Shown here: piece by piece, positions 32,924 through 48,316 of the stretch
Layout of the letters: the number at the start of each line of letters is the position of its first letter
How positions within the stretch are numbered: position 1 is the first letter of the stretch
Assembly: GCF_045037415.1 (NCBI RefSeq)
Contig: NZ_CP173438.1
DNA length: 64,000 bases
Strand: one strand, 5' to 3'
From: Escherichia coli
GTDB lineage: Bacteria > Pseudomonadota > Gammaproteobacteria > Enterobacterales > Enterobacteriaceae
Notes under the pieces: model-generated
Seen by the model: only the letters and a program-made list of their open reading frames with translations
Database searches by the model: none
What the model was told of the DNA's origin: nothing
Position numbers and translations under genes: made by a program

Positions 32924-33526
32924 TCACCACTCCCAGACTTTCGACGGTGTAACCACCGCAGGCAGTGGGATATCCCACTCTTCAACGGGGAGTTTTTCCA
33001 CCAACTGACAATCATGCGCATAACCCACCGGTTGCATTTTATAGTGCTGCCAGTTTTGTAAGGTCCGATCATAAAAACCACCGCCCATTCCCAGGCGCTG
33101 ACCGTACTCATCAAAGGCGACCAGCGGTGTAATCAACACGTCTAATCGGGAAAGGGGTAGCACGTCACGCACATCCAGTTTTGGCTCATGGATCTTCAAC
33201 TTGTTCATCACCAGTTCGCTTTGTGGATGGTAATTCAGGAACAGCAAATTACCGGCACTAAAGGGATGCAAAACTGGAAGATATACGCGCTTACCGGCGC
33301 GCCAGAGTTGTTCTATGAGTGGCTGGGTGTCGAGTTCGCCATCAAAAGAGAGGAATACAGCGACCGTATGTGCCATCACCACCGGGGGATAAGTCATCAT
33401 CCGGGTAGCGGCTTGTTGACCCATTTCCTGCTGTTGTTCCGGCGTTAACGCACGACGACGTTGCCGAATCATTTTGCGGATTTCTTGTCGGGATAATGTC
33501 AGTGGGAGTTCTGGTAATTGCGTCAT
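32924..33526 (-). CDS. fau: 5-formyltetrahydrofolate cyclo-ligase
   Basis: Start taken at MTQLPELPLTLSRQEIRKMIRQRRRALTPEQ (an alternative start at MIRQ is possible). The track ORF extends into ssrS. Confidence 0.8.
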   Translation of the reverse strand: MTQLPELPLTLSRQEIRKMIRQRRRALTPEQQQEMGQQAATRMMTYPPVVMAHTVAVFLSFDGELDTQPLIEQLWRAGKRVYLPVLHPFSAGNLLFLNYHPQSELVMNKLKIHEPKLDVRDVLPLSRLDVLITPLVAFDEYGQRLGMGGGFYDRTLQNWQHYKMQPVGYAHDCQLVEKLPVEEWDIPLPAVVTPSKVWEW

Positions 33527-33544
33527 GGCTGGTGCCAGATAAGA

Positions 33545-33730
33545 AGGGAATCTCCGAGATGCCGCCGCAGGCTGTAACCCTTGAACCCTTGGTTCAAGGT
33601 GAATGTGTCGTCGCAGTTTTAAGGCTTCTCGGACGGACCGAGCATGCTCACCAACCGCGGAGCGCCACATTCTTGTGGTATGAAATATCGGCTCAGGGGA
33701 CTGGCCCGCTTGCGAACATCTCAGAGAAAT
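33545..33730 (-). ncRNA. ssrS: 6S RNA
   Basis: The reverse complement of 33545..33730 reads atttctctgagatgttcgcaagcgggccagtcccctgagccgatatttcataccacaagaatgtggcgctccgcggttggtgagcatgctcggtccgtccgagaagccttaaaactgcgacgacacattcaccttgaaccaagggttcaagggttacagcctgcggcggcatctcggagattccc, which matches E. coli 6S RNA. Confidence 0.92.
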
Positions 33731-33771
33731 TTTGTCTTCACGGTTACTCTACCACAGTAAACCGAAAAGTG

Positions 33772-34167
<396 letters not shown>

Positions 34168-34268
34168 CTATAGCTACCCTGATGAGAAGAGACAAGCCCT
34201 TTTCTGGTCCACCAGGGCCCAAAGTGGTAGCATATCATGAATATTCCTCCCTTTGACGACGAATGCTT

Positions 34269-34847
34269 ATGTCTATACAGAACGAAATGCCTGGTTACAA
34301 CGAAATGAACCAGTATCTGAACCAACAAGGGACGGGTCTGACCCCTGCTGAGATGCATGGTTTAATCAGTGGGATGATATGTGGCGGTAACGATGACAGC
34401 TCATGGCTGCCGCTACTTCACGACCTGACGAACGAAGGCATGGCTTTCGGTCATGAGCTGGCACAGGCACTGCGCAAAATGCACTCTGCCACCAGCGATG
34501 CCCTGCAGGATGACGGCTTCCTTTTTCAGCTTTATCTACCTGATGGCGATGATGTCAGCGTTTTCGATCGGGCTGATGCGCTGGCTGGTTGGGTCAATCA
34601 CTTCCTGCTTGGTCTTGGCGTTACGCAACCGAAGCTGGACAAAGTGACCGGCGAAACCGGTGAAGCCATCGACGATCTGCGTAACATCGCGCAGTTGGGT
34701 TACGACGAAGACGAAGATCAGGAAGAGCTTGAAATGTCGCTTGAAGAGATCATCGAGTACGTCCGTGTTGCCGCGCTGTTATGCCACGACACCTTTACTC
34801 ATCCGCAACCGACCGCGCCAGAAGTACAAAAACCGACTCTACACTAA
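34269..34847 (+). CDS. ygfB: UPF0149-family protein YgfB
   Basis: 192 aa from [21 protein letters not shown]; divergent from zapA. Confidence 0.88.
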
Positions 34848-34872
34848 AAACAAAAAACGTAAGGAGAGTGTT

Positions 34873-36198
34873 ATGAGTGATATATCCCGGCAAGAATTTC
34901 AGCGTCGCCGTCAGGCCCTGGTAGAGCAAATGCAACCCGGCAGCGCCGCGCTGATTTTTGCTGCACCAGAAGTAACACGTAGCGCCGACAGCGAATACCC
35001 CTATCGTCAGAACAGTGACTTCTGGTACTTCACCGGCTTTAACGAACCGGAAGCGGTGCTGGTGCTGATTAAAAGCGATGACACTCATAACCACAGCGTT
35101 TTGTTTAACCGCGTTCGCGACCTGACGGCAGAGATCTGGTTTGGTCGTCGCTTAGGCCAGGATGCCGCGCCAGAGAAACTGGGCGTTGACCGCGCACTGG
35201 CATTCAGCGAAATCAATCAACAACTTTATCAACTACTTAATGGTCTGGATGTGGTTTACCACGCCCAGGGCGAATATGCATATGCTGATGAAATCGTGAA
35301 CAGCGCGCTTGAGAAACTGCGTAAAGGTTCGCGGCAAAATCTCACCGCACCGGCAACGATGATCGACTGGCGTCCTGTTGTTCATGAAATGCGCCTGTTC
35401 AAATCACCAGAAGAGATTGCCGTACTTCGCCGCGCGGGTGAAATCACCGCACTGGCGCATACACGGGCGATGGAAAAATGCCGTCCGGGGATGTTCGAGT
35501 ACCATCTGGAAGGCGAAATTCACCACGAATTTAACCGCCACGGTGCGCGTTACCCTTCCTATAACACCATTGTTGGCAGCGGTGAAAACGGCTGCATTTT
35601 GCATTACACCGAAAACGAGTGTGAACTGCGTGACGGTGACCTGGTGTTGATTGACGCGGGTTGTGAATACAAAGGTTACGCTGGCGACATTACCCGCACC
35701 TTCCCGGTCAACGGCAAATTCACTCAGGCTCAGCGTGAAATCTATGACATTGTGCTGGAGTCTCTTGAAACCAGCCTGCGCCTGTATCGTCCGGGAACTT
35801 CCATTCAGGAAGTCACTGGTGAAGTGGTGCGCATCATGGTTAGCGGTCTGGTAAAACTCGGCATCCTGAAAGGTGATGTTGATGAACTGATCGCTCAGAA
35901 CGCCCATCGTCCTTTCTTTATGCATGGCCTTAGCCACTGGTTAGGACTGGATGTTCATGACGTTGGTGTTTATGGTCAGGATCGCTCGCGTATTCTGGAA
36001 CCGGGTATGGTACTGACCGTAGAACCAGGACTGTATATTGCGCCGGATGCAGAAGTGCCAGAACAGTATCGCGGTATCGGCATTCGTATTGAAGACGATA
36101 TTGTGATTACCGAAACCGGTAATGAAAACCTCACCGCCAGCGTGGTGAAAAAGCCGGAAGAAATCGAAGCGTTGATGGCAGCTGCGAGAAAGCAATGA
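34873..36198 (+). CDS. pepP: Xaa-Pro aminopeptidase (aminopeptidase P)
   Basis: 441 aa from MSDISRQEFQRRRQALVEQMQPGSAALIFAAPE; M24 metal-binding motifs. Confidence 0.95.
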   Translation: MSDISRQEFQRRRQALVEQMQPGSAALIFAAPEVTRSADSEYPYRQNSDFWYFTGFNEPEAVLVLIKSDDTHNHSVLFNRVRDLTAEIWFGRRLGQDAAPEKLGVDRALAFSEINQQLYQLLNGLDVVYHAQGEYAYADEIVNSALEKLRKGSRQNLTAPATMIDWRPVVHEMRLFKSPEEIAVLRRAGEITALAHTRAMEKCRPGMFEYHLEGEIHHEFNRHGARYPSYNTIVGSGENGCILHYTENECELRDGDLVLIDAGCEYKGYAGDITRTFPVNGKFTQAQREIYDIVLESLETSLRLYRPGTSIQEVTGEVVRIMVSGLVKLGILKGDVDELIAQNAHRPFFMHGLSHWLGLDVHDVGVYGQDRSRILEPGMVLTVEPGLYIAPDAEVPEQYRGIGIRIEDDIVITETGNENLTASVVKKPEEIEALMAAARKQ

Positions 36199-37373
36199 GC
36201 GTAATCATCGTCGGTGGCGGCATGGCGGGCGCGACGCTGGCGCTGGCTATTTCCCGGTTAAGTCACGGGGCGCTGCCAGTACATTTGATTGAAGCGACCG
36301 CGCCAGAGTCACATGCGCATCCGGGCTTTGATGGACGAGCTATTGCGCTGGCGGCGGGTACCTGTCAGCAACTGGCGCGCATCGGCGTCTGGCAATCTCT
36401 GGCTGATTGCGCAACTGCCATCACCACCGTGCATGTTAGCGATCGTGGTCACGCTGGATTTGTCACCCTCGCCGCAGAAGATTACCAACTGGCGGCGCTG
36501 GGGCAGGTTGTCGAATTGCACAATGTCGGGCAACGGCTGTTTGCATTGCTGCGCAAAGCACCTGGCGTAACGCTGCATTGCCCTGATCGCGTGGCTAACG
36601 TTGCCCGTACTCAGAGCCACGTTGAAGTGACGCTGGAGAGTGGCGAGACGCTGACGGGCCGCGTGCTGGTAGCCGCTGATGGCACCCATTCAGCGTTAGC
36701 CACCGCGTGCGGTGTTGACTGGCAGCAGGAGCCTTACGAACAACTGGCTGTGATTGCCAACGTTGCGACTTCCGTTGCGCATGAAGGGCGCGCTTTTGAA
36801 CGCTTTACACAATATGGCCCGCTGGCGATGTTGCCGATGTCTGACGGACGCTGTTCGCTGGTCTGGTGTCATCCACTGGAACGGCGCGAAGAGGTGCTGT
36901 CGTGGAGCGACGAGAAGTTCTGCCGTGAACTCCAGTCGGCCTTTGGCTGGCGACTGGGGCAAATTACCCACGCCGGAAAACGTAGTGCTTATCCGCTGGC
37001 GTTAACCCGCGCCGCCAAACCTATTACCCATCGTACCGTGCTGGTGGGGAATGCGGCGCAAACTCTGCATCCCATCGCCGGGCAAGGATTTAACCTCGGT
37101 ATGCGTGATGTGATGAGTCTTGCAGAAACCCTGACTCAGGCGCAGGAACGCAGAGAAGACATGGGTGATTACGGCGTATTGTGCCGTTATCAGCAGCGTC
37201 GACAGCGCGATCGCGAAGCAACCATCGGCGTCACGGACAGCCTTGTACATCTTTTTGCCAACCGTTGGACGCCGCTGGTTGTCGGGCGCAACATCGGGCT
37301 GATGACGATGGAATTATTTACCCCGGCACGCGATGTGCTGGCGCAGCGCACTCTTGGTTGGGTGGCGCGTTGA
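36195..37373 (+). CDS. ubiH: 2-octaprenyl-6-methoxyphenol hydroxylase (FAD monooxygenase)
   Basis: 392 aa, MSVIIVGGGMAGATLALAIS. Confidence 0.93.
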   Translation: MSVIIVGGGMAGATLALAISRLSHGALPVHLIEATAPESHAHPGFDGRAIALAAGTCQQLARIGVWQSLADCATAITTVHVSDRGHAGFVTLAAEDYQLAALGQVVELHNVGQRLFALLRKAPGVTLHCPDRVANVARTQSHVEVTLESGETLTGRVLVAADGTHSALATACGVDWQQEPYEQLAVIANVATSVAHEGRAFERFTQYGPLAMLPMSDGRCSLVWCHPLERREEVLSWSDEKFCRELQSAFGWRLGQITHAGKRSAYPLALTRAAKPITHRTVLVGNAAQTLHPIAGQGFNLGMRDVMSLAETLTQAQERREDMGDYGVLCRYQQRRQRDREATIGVTDSLVHLFANRWTPLVVGRNIGLMTMELFTPARDVLAQRTLGWVAR

Positions 37374-37395
37374 AGGCGGTTTTAAGGAATAAACA

Positions 37396-38598
37396 ATGCA
37401 AAGTGTTGATGTAGCCATTGTTGGCGGCGGCATGGTCGGGCTGGCGGTTGCCTGCGGCTTACAGGGTATCGGCTTACGCGTTGCCGTACTGGAGCAGCGC
37501 GTACCGGAACCTCTGGCGGCGGATGCACCACCACAACTGCGCGTTTCGGCTATCAATGCCGCCAGCGAAAAATTACTCACCCGTCTTGGCGTCTGGCAGG
37601 ACATTCTCTCTCGTAGGGCCTGTTGCTATCACGGCATGGAAGTGTGGGACAAAGACAGCTTTGGTCACATCTCGTTTGACGATCAAAGCATGGGCTATAG
37701 CCATCTTGGGCATATCGTTGAAAACTCAGTGATTCACTACGCGCTGTGGAACAAAGCGCTGCAGTCGTCAGATATCACTCTGTTGGCCCCCGCAGAATTA
37801 CAGCAGGTCGCCTGGGGTGAAAATGAAACCTTCCTGACGTTGAAAGATGGCAGCATGTTAACGGCGCGTCTGGTGATTGGCGCGGACGGCGCTAATTCCT
37901 GGTTGCGCAACAAAGCCGATATTCCGCTGACTTTCTGGGATTATCAGCATCACGCGCTGGTGGCGACCATTCGCACGGAAGAACCGCATGATGCGGTGGC
38001 GCGACAGGTTTTTCATGGCGAAGGCATTCTGGCCTTTTTGCCGCTTAGCGATCCGCATCTTTGCTCGATTGTCTGGTCACTGTCGCCAGAGGAAGCGCAG
38101 CGGATGCAGCAGGCAGGCGAAGACGAATTTAATCGCGCGTTAAATATCGCTTTTGATAATCGCCTGGGCTTATGCAAGGTTGAAAGTGAGCGCCTGGTGT
38201 TCCCGCTAACGGGGCGTTATGCGCGCCAGTTTGCCGCGCACCGTCTGGCGCTGGTGGGCGACGCCGCGCATACCATTCACCCGTTGGCGGGGCAGGGGGT
38301 AAATCTCGGCTTTATGGATGCTGCAGAGCTGATTGCTGAACTGAAACGGTTGCATCGTCAGGGTAAAGACATCGGGCAGTACATTTACCTGCGTCGCTAT
38401 GAGCGTAGCCGCAAGCACAGCGCGGCGCTGATGCTGGCTGGTATGCAGGGATTCCGCGATCTGTTTTCCGGGGCTAATCCGGCGAAAAAATTGCTGCGTG
38501 ATATTGGTCTGAAACTGGCTGATACGCTTCCTGGCGTTAAGCCACAACTTATTCGCCAGGCAATGGGATTAAACGATTTGCCTGAATGGCTGCGTTAA
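37396..38598 (+). CDS. ubiI: 2-octaprenylphenol hydroxylase (FAD monooxygenase)
   Basis: 400 aa, MQSVDVAIVGGGMVGLAVACGLQ. Confidence 0.93.
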   Translation: MQSVDVAIVGGGMVGLAVACGLQGIGLRVAVLEQRVPEPLAADAPPQLRVSAINAASEKLLTRLGVWQDILSRRACCYHGMEVWDKDSFGHISFDDQSMGYSHLGHIVENSVIHYALWNKALQSSDITLLAPAELQQVAWGENETFLTLKDGSMLTARLVIGADGANSWLRNKADIPLTFWDYQHHALVATIRTEEPHDAVARQVFHGEGILAFLPLSDPHLCSIVWSLSPEEAQRMQQAGEDEFNRALNIAFDNRLGLCKVESERLVFPLTGRYARQFAAHRLALVGDAAHTIHPLAGQGVNLGFMDAAELIAELKRLHRQGKDIGQYIYLRRYERSRKHSAALMLAGMQGFRDLFSGANPAKKLLRDIGLKLADTLPGVKPQLIRQAMGLNDLPEWLR

Positions 38599-38642
38599 AA
38601 ATTTCTCTTCTGCTGTTTATTTGATACCCATCACACTTTCAT

Positions 38643-38672
38643 CTCCCGGTTTTTTCGCCGGGAGATTTTCCT
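38643..38672 (+). terminator. Rho-independent terminator after ubiI
   Basis: tctcccggttttttcgccgggaga hairpin followed by ttttcc. Confidence 0.55.
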
Positions 38673-39045
38673 CATTTGAAATAAACTAATTTCACCTGCG
38701 ATTTCGCATTATATTTTCTAATGCCACGAATTTTTGATTTAGTGTTTTTTGACATTTTTTTAGTTCTTAATGTTGTCTTATTCAAATTAACTTTCTCATC
38801 TATTTATCTTTATATAGAGATTTGTTCATTTTTTGGTTTTTTATTCTGTTACGATTTTGGCGTTTTTTAACCATAAGCTAATGTGATGATCAATTTTACC
38901 TTATGGTTAACAGTCTGTTTCGGTGGTAAGTTCAGGCAAAAGAGAACGATTGCGTTGGGGACCGGGAGTGGCTCCGATGCTGGGTTTCGTGGTGATAATT
39001 TCGCCATAGAAAAGTTGTCAGCCCCGCTTATTCAATGAGGACAAG

Positions 39046-40140
39046 ATGGCACAACAGACTCCTTTGTACGAACAACACACGCTTTGCGGCGCTCGCATGG
39101 TGGATTTCCACGGCTGGATGATGCCGCTGCATTACGGTTCGCAAATCGACGAACATCATGCGGTACGTACCGATGCCGGAATGTTTGATGTGTCACATAT
39201 GACCATCGTCGATCTTCGCGGCAGCCGCACCCGGGAGTTTCTACGTTATCTGCTGGCGAACGATGTGGCGAAGCTCACCAAAAGCGGCAAAGCCCTTTAC
39301 TCGGGGATGTTGAATGCCTCTGGCGGTGTGATAGATGATCTCATCGTCTACTACTTTACTGAAGATTTCTTCCGCCTCGTTGTTAACTCCGCCACCCGCG
39401 AAAAAGACCTCTCCTGGATTACCCAACACGCTGAACCTTTCGGCATCGAAATTACTGTTCGTGATGACCTTTCCATGATCGCCGTACAAGGGCCGAATGC
39501 GCAGGCAAAAGCTGCCACACTGTTTAATGACGCCCAGCGTCAGGCGGTGGAAGGGATGAAACCGTTCTTTGGCGTGCAGGCGGGCGATCTGTTTATTGCC
39601 ACCACCGGTTACACCGGTGAAGCGGGCTACGAAATTGCGCTGCCCAATGAAAAAGCGGCCGATTTCTGGCGCGCGCTGGTGGAAGCTGGCGTTAAGCCAT
39701 GTGGCCTGGGCGCGCGTGACACGCTGCGTCTGGAAGCGGGCATGAATTTGTATAGCCAGGAGATGGACGAAACTATTTCTCCTTTAGCCGCCAATATGGG
39801 CTGGACTATCGCCTGGGAACCGGCAGATCGTGACTTTATCGGTCGTGAAGCTCTGGAAGCGCAGCGTGAACATGGCACAGAAAAACTGGTTGGTCTGGTG
39901 ATGACCGAAAAAGGCGTGCTGCGTAATGAACTGCCGGTACGTTTTACTGATGCGCAGGGCAACCAGCATGAAGGCATTATCACCAGCGGTACTTTCTCCC
40001 CAACGCTGGGTTATAGCATTGCGCTGGCGCGCGTGCCGGAAGGTATTGGTGAAACGGCGATTGTGCAAATTCGCAACCGTGAAATGCCGGTTAAAGTGAC
40101 GAAACCTGTTTTTGTGCGTAACGGCAAAGCCGTCGCGTGA
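39046..40140 (+). CDS. gcvT: Glycine cleavage system T protein (aminomethyltransferase)
   Basis: 364 aa, [41 protein letters not shown]. Confidence 0.96.
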
Positions 40141-40163
40141 TTTACTTTTTTGGAGATTGATTG

Positions 40164-40553
40164 ATGAGCAACGTACCAGCAGAACTGAAATACAGCAAAG
40201 AACACGAATGGTTGCGTAAAGAAGCCGACGGCACTTACACCGTTGGCATCACCGAACACGCTCAGGAGCTGTTAGGCGATATGGTGTTTGTTGACCTGCC
40301 GGAAGTGGGCGCAACGGTTAGCGCGGGCGATGACTGCGCGGTTGCCGAATCGGTAAAAGCGGCGTCAGATATTTATGCGCCAGTAAGCGGTGAAATCGTG
40401 GCGGTAAACGATGCACTGAGCGATTCTCCGGAACTGGTCAACAGCGAACCGTATGCAGGCGGCTGGATTTTCAAAATCAAAGCCAGCGATGAAAGCGAAC
40501 TGGAATCACTGCTGGATGCAACCGCATACGAAGCATTGTTAGAAGACGAGTAA
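40164..40553 (+). CDS. gcvH: Glycine cleavage system H protein (lipoyl carrier)
   Basis: 129 aa from [30 protein letters not shown]; lipoyl-lysine context ESVKAASD. Confidence 0.96.
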
Positions 40554-40671
40554 CGGCTTTATTCCTCTTCTGCGGGAGAGGATCAGGGTGAGGAACATTT
40601 ACGCCTCACCCTCACTCTCTTCGTAAGGAGAGAGGTTCACAATTCACTGCACGTTTCAGGAACCATCGCTC

Positions 40672-43545
40672 ATGACACAGACGTTAAGCCAGCTTGAAAA
40701 CAGCGGCGCTTTTATTGAACGCCATATCGGACCGGACGCCGCGCAACAGCAAGAAATGCTGAATGCCGTTGGCGCACAATCGTTAAACGCGCTGACCGGC
40801 CAGATTGTGCCGAAAGATATTCAGCTTGCGACTCCGCCGCAGGTTGGCGCACCGGCGACCGAATACGCCGCACTGGCAGAACTCAAGGCTATTGCCAGTC
40901 GCAATAAACGCTTCACGTCTTACATCGGCATGGGTTACACCGCCGTGCAGCTACCGCCGGTTATCCTGCGTAACATGCTGGAAAATCCGGGCTGGTATAC
41001 CGCGTATACTCCGTATCAACCTGAAGTCTCCCAGGGCCGCCTTGAAGCACTGCTCAACTTCCAGCAGGTAACGCTGGATTTAACCGGGCTGGATATGGCC
41101 TCTGCTTCTCTTCTTGACGAAGCCACCGCTGCCGCCGAAGCAATGGCGATGGCGAAACGCGTCAGCAAACTGAAAAATGCCAACCGCTTCTTTGTTGCTT
41201 CTGACGTTCATCCGCAAACGCTGGATGTGGTCCGTACTCGTGCCGAAACCTTTGGTTTTGAAGTGATTGTCGATGATGCGCAAAAAGTGCTCGACCATCA
41301 GGACGTCTTCGGCGCGCTGTTACAGCAGGTCGGCACTACTGGTGAAATTCACGACTACACTGCGCTTATTAGCGAACTGAAATCACGCAAAATTGTGGTC
41401 AGCGTTGCCGCCGATATTATGGCGCTGGTGCTGTTAACTGCGCCAGGTAAACAGGGCGCGGATATTGTTTTTGGTTCGGCGCAACGCTTTGGCGTACCGA
41501 TGGGCTACGGTGGCCCACACGCGGCATTCTTTGCGGCGAAAGACGAATACAAACGCTCAATGCCGGGCCGTATTATCGGTGTATCGAAAGATGCAGCTGG
41601 CAACACCGCTCTGCGCATGGCGATGCAGACTCGTGAGCAACATATTCGTCGTGAAAAAGCGAACTCCAACATTTGTACATCCCAGGTCTTGCTGGCAAAC
41701 ATTGCCAGTCTGTATGCCGTTTACCACGGTCCGGTTGGCCTGAAACGTATCGCTAACCGCATCCACCGTCTGACCGATATCCTGGCGGCGGGCCTGCAAC
41801 AAAAAGGTCTGAAGCTGCGCCATGCGCACTATTTCGATACTTTGTGTGTGGAAGTGGCCGACAAAGCGGGCGTGCTGGCGCGTGCCGAAGCGGCTGAAAT
41901 CAACCTGCGTAGCGATATTCTGAACGCGGTTGGGATCACCCTTGATGAAACCACTACGCGCGAAAACGTGATGCAGCTTTTCAGCGTGCTGTTGGGCGAT
42001 AACCACGGGCTGGACATCGACACACTGGACAAAGACGTGGCTCACGACAGTCGCTCTATTCAGGCTGCGATGCTGCGCGACGACGAAATCCTCACCCATC
42101 CGGTGTTTAATCGCTACCACAGCGAAACCGAAATGATGCGCTATATGCACTCGCTGGAGCGTAAAGATCTGGCGCTGAATCAGGCGATGATCCCGCTGGG
42201 TTCCTGCACCATGAAACTGAACGCCGCCGCCGAGATGATCCCGATCACCTGGCCGGAATTTGCCGAACTGCACCCGTTCTGCCCGCCGGAACAGGCTGAA
42301 GGTTATCAGCAGATGATCGCGCAGCTGGCTGAGTGGCTGGTGAAACTGACCGGTTACGACGCCGTTTGTATGCAGCCGAACTCTGGCGCACAGGGCGAAT
42401 ACGCGGGCCTGCTGGCGATTCGTCATTATCATGAAAGCCGCAACGAAGGGCATCGCGATATCTGCCTGATCCCGGCTTCTGCGCACGGCACTAACCCGGC
42501 TTCCGCGCATATGGCAGGAATGCAGGTGGTGGTTGTGGCGTGTGATAAAAACGGCAACATCGATCTGACTGATCTGCGCGCGAAAGCCGAACAGGCGGGC
42601 GATAACCTCTCCTGTATCATGGTGACCTATCCTTCCACCCACGGCGTGTATGAAGAAACGATCCGTGAAGTGTGTGAAGTCGTGCATCAGTTCGGCGGTC
42701 AGGTTTACCTTGATGGCGCGAACATGAACGCTCAGGTTGGCATCACCTCGCCGGGCTTTATTGGTGCGGACGTTTCCCACCTTAACCTGCATAAAACTTT
42801 CTGCATTCCGCATGGCGGTGGTGGTCCGGGTATGGGACCGATCGGTGTGAAAGCGCATCTGGCTCCGTTTGTACCGGGTCATAGCGTGGTGCAAATCGAA
42901 GGCATGTTAATCCGTCAGGGCGCGGTTTCTGCGGCACCGTTCGGTAGTGCCTCTATCCTGCCAATCAGCTGGATGTACATCCGCATGATGGGCGCAGAAG
43001 GGCTGAAAAAAGCAAGCCAGGTGGCAATTCTTAACGCCAACTATATTGCCAGCCGTCTGCAGGATGCCTTCCCGGTGCTGTATACCGGTCGCGACGGTCG
43101 CGTGGCGCACGAATGTATTCTCGATATTCGCCCGCTGAAAGAAGAAACCGGCATCAGCGAGCTGGATATTGCCAAGCGCCTGATCGACTACGGTTTCCAC
43201 GCGCCGACCATGTCGTTCCCGGTGGCGGGTACGCTGATGGTTGAACCGACTGAATCTGAAAGCAAAGTGGAACTGGATCGCTTTATCGATGCGATGCTGG
43301 CTATCCGCGCAGAAATTGACCAGGTGAAAGCCGGTGTCTGGCCGCTGGAAGATAACCCGCTGGTGAACGCGCCGCACATTCAGAGCGAACTGGTCGCCGA
43401 GTGGGCGCATCCGTACAGTCGTGAAGTTGCAGTATTCCCGGCAGGTGTGGCAGACAAATACTGGCCGACCGTGAAACGTCTGGATGATGTTTACGGCGAC
43501 CGTAACCTGTTCTGCTCCTGCGTACCGATTAGCGAATACCAGTAA
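40672..43545 (+). CDS. gcvP: Glycine dehydrogenase (decarboxylating), P protein
   Basis: 957 aa, [47 protein letters not shown]. Confidence 0.96.
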   Translation: MTQTLSQLENSGAFIERHIGPDAAQQQEMLNAVGAQSLNALTGQIVPKDIQLATPPQVGAPATEYAALAELKAIASRNKRFTSYIGMGYTAVQLPPVILRNMLENPGWYTAYTPYQPEVSQGRLEALLNFQQVTLDLTGLDMASASLLDEATAAAEAMAMAKRVSKLKNANRFFVASDVHPQTLDVVRTRAETFGFEVIVDDAQKVLDHQDVFGALLQQVGTTGEIHDYTALISELKSRKIVVSVAADIMALVLLTAPGKQGADIVFGSAQRFGVPMGYGGPHAAFFAAKDEYKRSMPGRIIGVSKDAAGNTALRMAMQTREQHIRREKANSNICTSQVLLANIASLYAVYHGPVGLKRIANRIHRLTDILAAGLQQKGLKLRHAHYFDTLCVEVADKAGVLARAEAAEINLRSDILNAVGITLDETTTRENVMQLFSVLLGDNHGLDIDTLDKDVAHDSRSIQAAMLRDDEILTHPVFNRYHSETEMMRYMHSLERKDLALNQAMIPLGSCTMKLNAAAEMIPITWPEFAELHPFCPPEQAEGYQQMIAQLAEWLVKLTGYDAVCMQPNSGAQGEYAGLLAIRHYHESRNEGHRDICLIPASAHGTNPASAHMAGMQVVVVACDKNGNIDLTDLRAKAEQAGDNLSCIMVTYPSTHGVYEETIREVCEVVHQFGGQVYLDGANMNAQVGITSPGFIGADVSHLNLHKTFCIPHGGGGPGMGPIGVKAHLAPFVPGHSVVQIEGMLIRQGAVSAAPFGSASILPISWMYIRMMGAEGLKKASQVAILNANYIASRLQDAFPVLYTGRDGRVAHECILDIRPLKEETGISELDIAKRLIDYGFHAPTMSFPVAGTLMVEPTESESKVELDRFIDAMLAIRAEIDQVKAGVWPLEDNPLVNAPHIQSELVAEWAHPYSREVAVFPAGVADKYWPTVKRLDDVYGDRNLFCSCVPISEYQ

Positions 43546-43567
43546 TTTACTGATTCGACTATCTTCT

Positions 43568-43590
43568 AAAGGCGCTTCGGCGCCTTTTTC
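43568..43590 (+). terminator. Rho-independent terminator after gcvP
   Basis: aaaggcgcttcggcgccttt hairpin followed by ttt. Confidence 0.6.
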
Positions 43591-43710
43591 GCTTGTTAAT
43601 AAAGTGCGCTTTGTGTGTTTCGGTTGAGGCGTAATATAAAATATTGCGAGCTCAATATATTAAAAGAGTGCCAGGCCTGATGAGCGGAGCACATCAGGCA
43701 CATCGGCTAA

Positions 43711-45171
<1,461 letters not shown>

Positions 45172-45188
45172 TTACAGGAAATATTACC

Positions 45189-45500
45189 ATGCAGCCAAAC
45201 GACATCACTTTTTTTCAACGTTTCCAGGATGACATTCTGGCTGGGCGTAAAACCATCACCATCCGCGACGAGTCTGAATCGCACTTCAAAACGGGTGATG
45301 TGCTTCGTGTCGGACGTTTTGAAGATGACGGTTATTTTTGCACGATTGAAGTCACCGCAACCTCAACCGTAACGCTGGATACGCTGACGGAAAAACATGC
45401 AGAGCAGGAAAATATGACCCTGACTGAACTGAAAAAGGTCATTGCCGACATCTATCCCGACCAGACACAGTTTTATGTGATTGAATTTAAATGTCTTTAA
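45189..45500 (+). CDS. yqfB: ASCH-domain protein YqfB
   Basis: 103 aa, [41 protein letters not shown]. Confidence 0.88.
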
Positions 45501-45660
45501 ATTGAACTCACGCCTGTTAGTTGAAATTTCGCATTTAATTTCATGATTTTTCGGAGATTAATCTCAAATCAGAATTTATTTTAGCTAACAGGTGTTCACT
45601 GGAACTATTCTCAGTTACGCTGGAGAGGTATACATGTGCGTGTACGTTTTTCCGGAGTAA

Positions 45661-46323
<663 letters not shown>

Positions 46324-46399
46324 TTGGCGTGCCTTTGTAGGCCTGAAAAGACACACCAGTGTCGCATCAGGCGATAAATGCCTGATGCGATACAGAGAT

Positions 46400-47380
46400 T
46401 TACTCTTCCAGCGAATATGGCAGTGGCTCAATACGCAATGTATTCGCATCGTCACGCACGCGGAAGATGCTGTCCGGTTCCATATCGTTATTCATGACAA
46501 CCTGCACCACAACCTGACCATCTTCCAGTTTGACCGCAGCCAGCACCGTACCGGTACGACGCCAGTTCTCGCCCATTTTCAGCTCTAAGTCTTCACCAGC
46601 TTCCGGCAGTCGGCTGGCGCTACCCGTCAGCAACCAGAGCGCGCGTTTGTTGGCACCACGGAATTTTGCTCGCGCCACCATCTCTTGTCCGGTATAGCAG
46701 CCTTTCTTAAAGCTGATGCCGCCCAGCGCCTGGAGGTTGGTCGCCTGGGGGATAAACTGCCCGCTGTTGGCGGCATCAATCACCGGAAAACCCGCTTCAA
46801 TGTTTAATGCCAGCCACTGTTGGCTATTGTTCAGTTCCGCTTCACCGCGCAGTTTATCGGTCAGCATATTGGCAGTAGCTTCATCGGTTACGATCAGGAA
46901 ACGTTCTGCCGGGTGTTCAAACCATAGCAACGTGGTCGCGCCTTCTTTGACTACCTGTTTTTCTCTCGAAGGTAGTTCACTAAAGAGATTTGCCAACGCG
47001 GTGCGCGCCTGAAAACCGGCAACACCAAGCAGCACACGCTCGTCGTCTGGCGCGATGGTCACTTTAGAGAACACCGCATATTTTTTCAGTTCAGTCAGCT
47101 GCGGTTCACGCACGCTGCGCCGTTCAATCCATGCAAAGCCATCGCCGTCGCGGAACAGACGTAAATTGCTCCACATTTTACCTTTGGCGTCGCAATGGGC
47201 GGCGAGCAGGTGCTGATCTTCAGTCATCTGGCTGACATCTGCTGTCACCTGGCCTTGCATATATTTTTCGCTGTCCGCGCCAGTAATAGTGGCAAGCGCC
47301 CAGTCATCAAGCGTCATCAGCGTCAGTGGCAAACGGGCAGAAGCCGTAGGCTGACGGGGAGGAAAAGGTGTAAAAGCCAT
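46400..47380 (-). CDS. ygfZ: Folate-dependent Fe-S cluster repair protein YgfZ
   Basis: 326 aa, [57 protein letters not shown] motif. Confidence 0.93.
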   Translation of the reverse strand: MAFTPFPPRQPTASARLPLTLMTLDDWALATITGADSEKYMQGQVTADVSQMTEDQHLLAAHCDAKGKMWSNLRLFRDGDGFAWIERRSVREPQLTELKKYAVFSKVTIAPDDERVLLGVAGFQARTALANLFSELPSREKQVVKEGATTLLWFEHPAERFLIVTDEATANMLTDKLRGEAELNNSQQWLALNIEAGFPVIDAANSGQFIPQATNLQALGGISFKKGCYTGQEMVARAKFRGANKRALWLLTGSASRLPEAGEDLELKMGENWRRTGTVLAAVKLEDGQVVVQVVMNNDMEPDSIFRVRDDANTLRIEPLPYSLEE

Positions 47381-47610
47381 AATAGAGTCCTGAGTTGCTT
47401 AACGGCGTATTAATCACTAATGGTAAAAGAGCTATGAGGCAATGCAAGTGCTTTCACTGCGCGATCTGTGCCTTCTGCGAGGCGACTTCCAAAAAAATGA
47501 AGCCCTTGAATTGTTGTGAATTAATTTCGCGATCGCGATTGTGTTTACTGATATTCCCGTAAAAGAAGTCGAAAAACACGTTACAATAGCCGGGTACTGG
47601 ATTTTCGTGA

Positions 47611-48277
<667 letters not shown>

Positions 48278-48316
48278 AGATGACGGCAAAGCATATGTGC
48301 TAAGCCGTCAGTGACA

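Noticed and set aside
41557-42894. 445-aa minus-strand ORF antisense to gcvP, plus similar antisense ORFs inside lysS (53504..54919), bglA (43801..44916), sbm/ygfI region and pgk
   Set aside because: These are antisense artefacts of long, well-supported genes; their translations are low-complexity and lack motifs.
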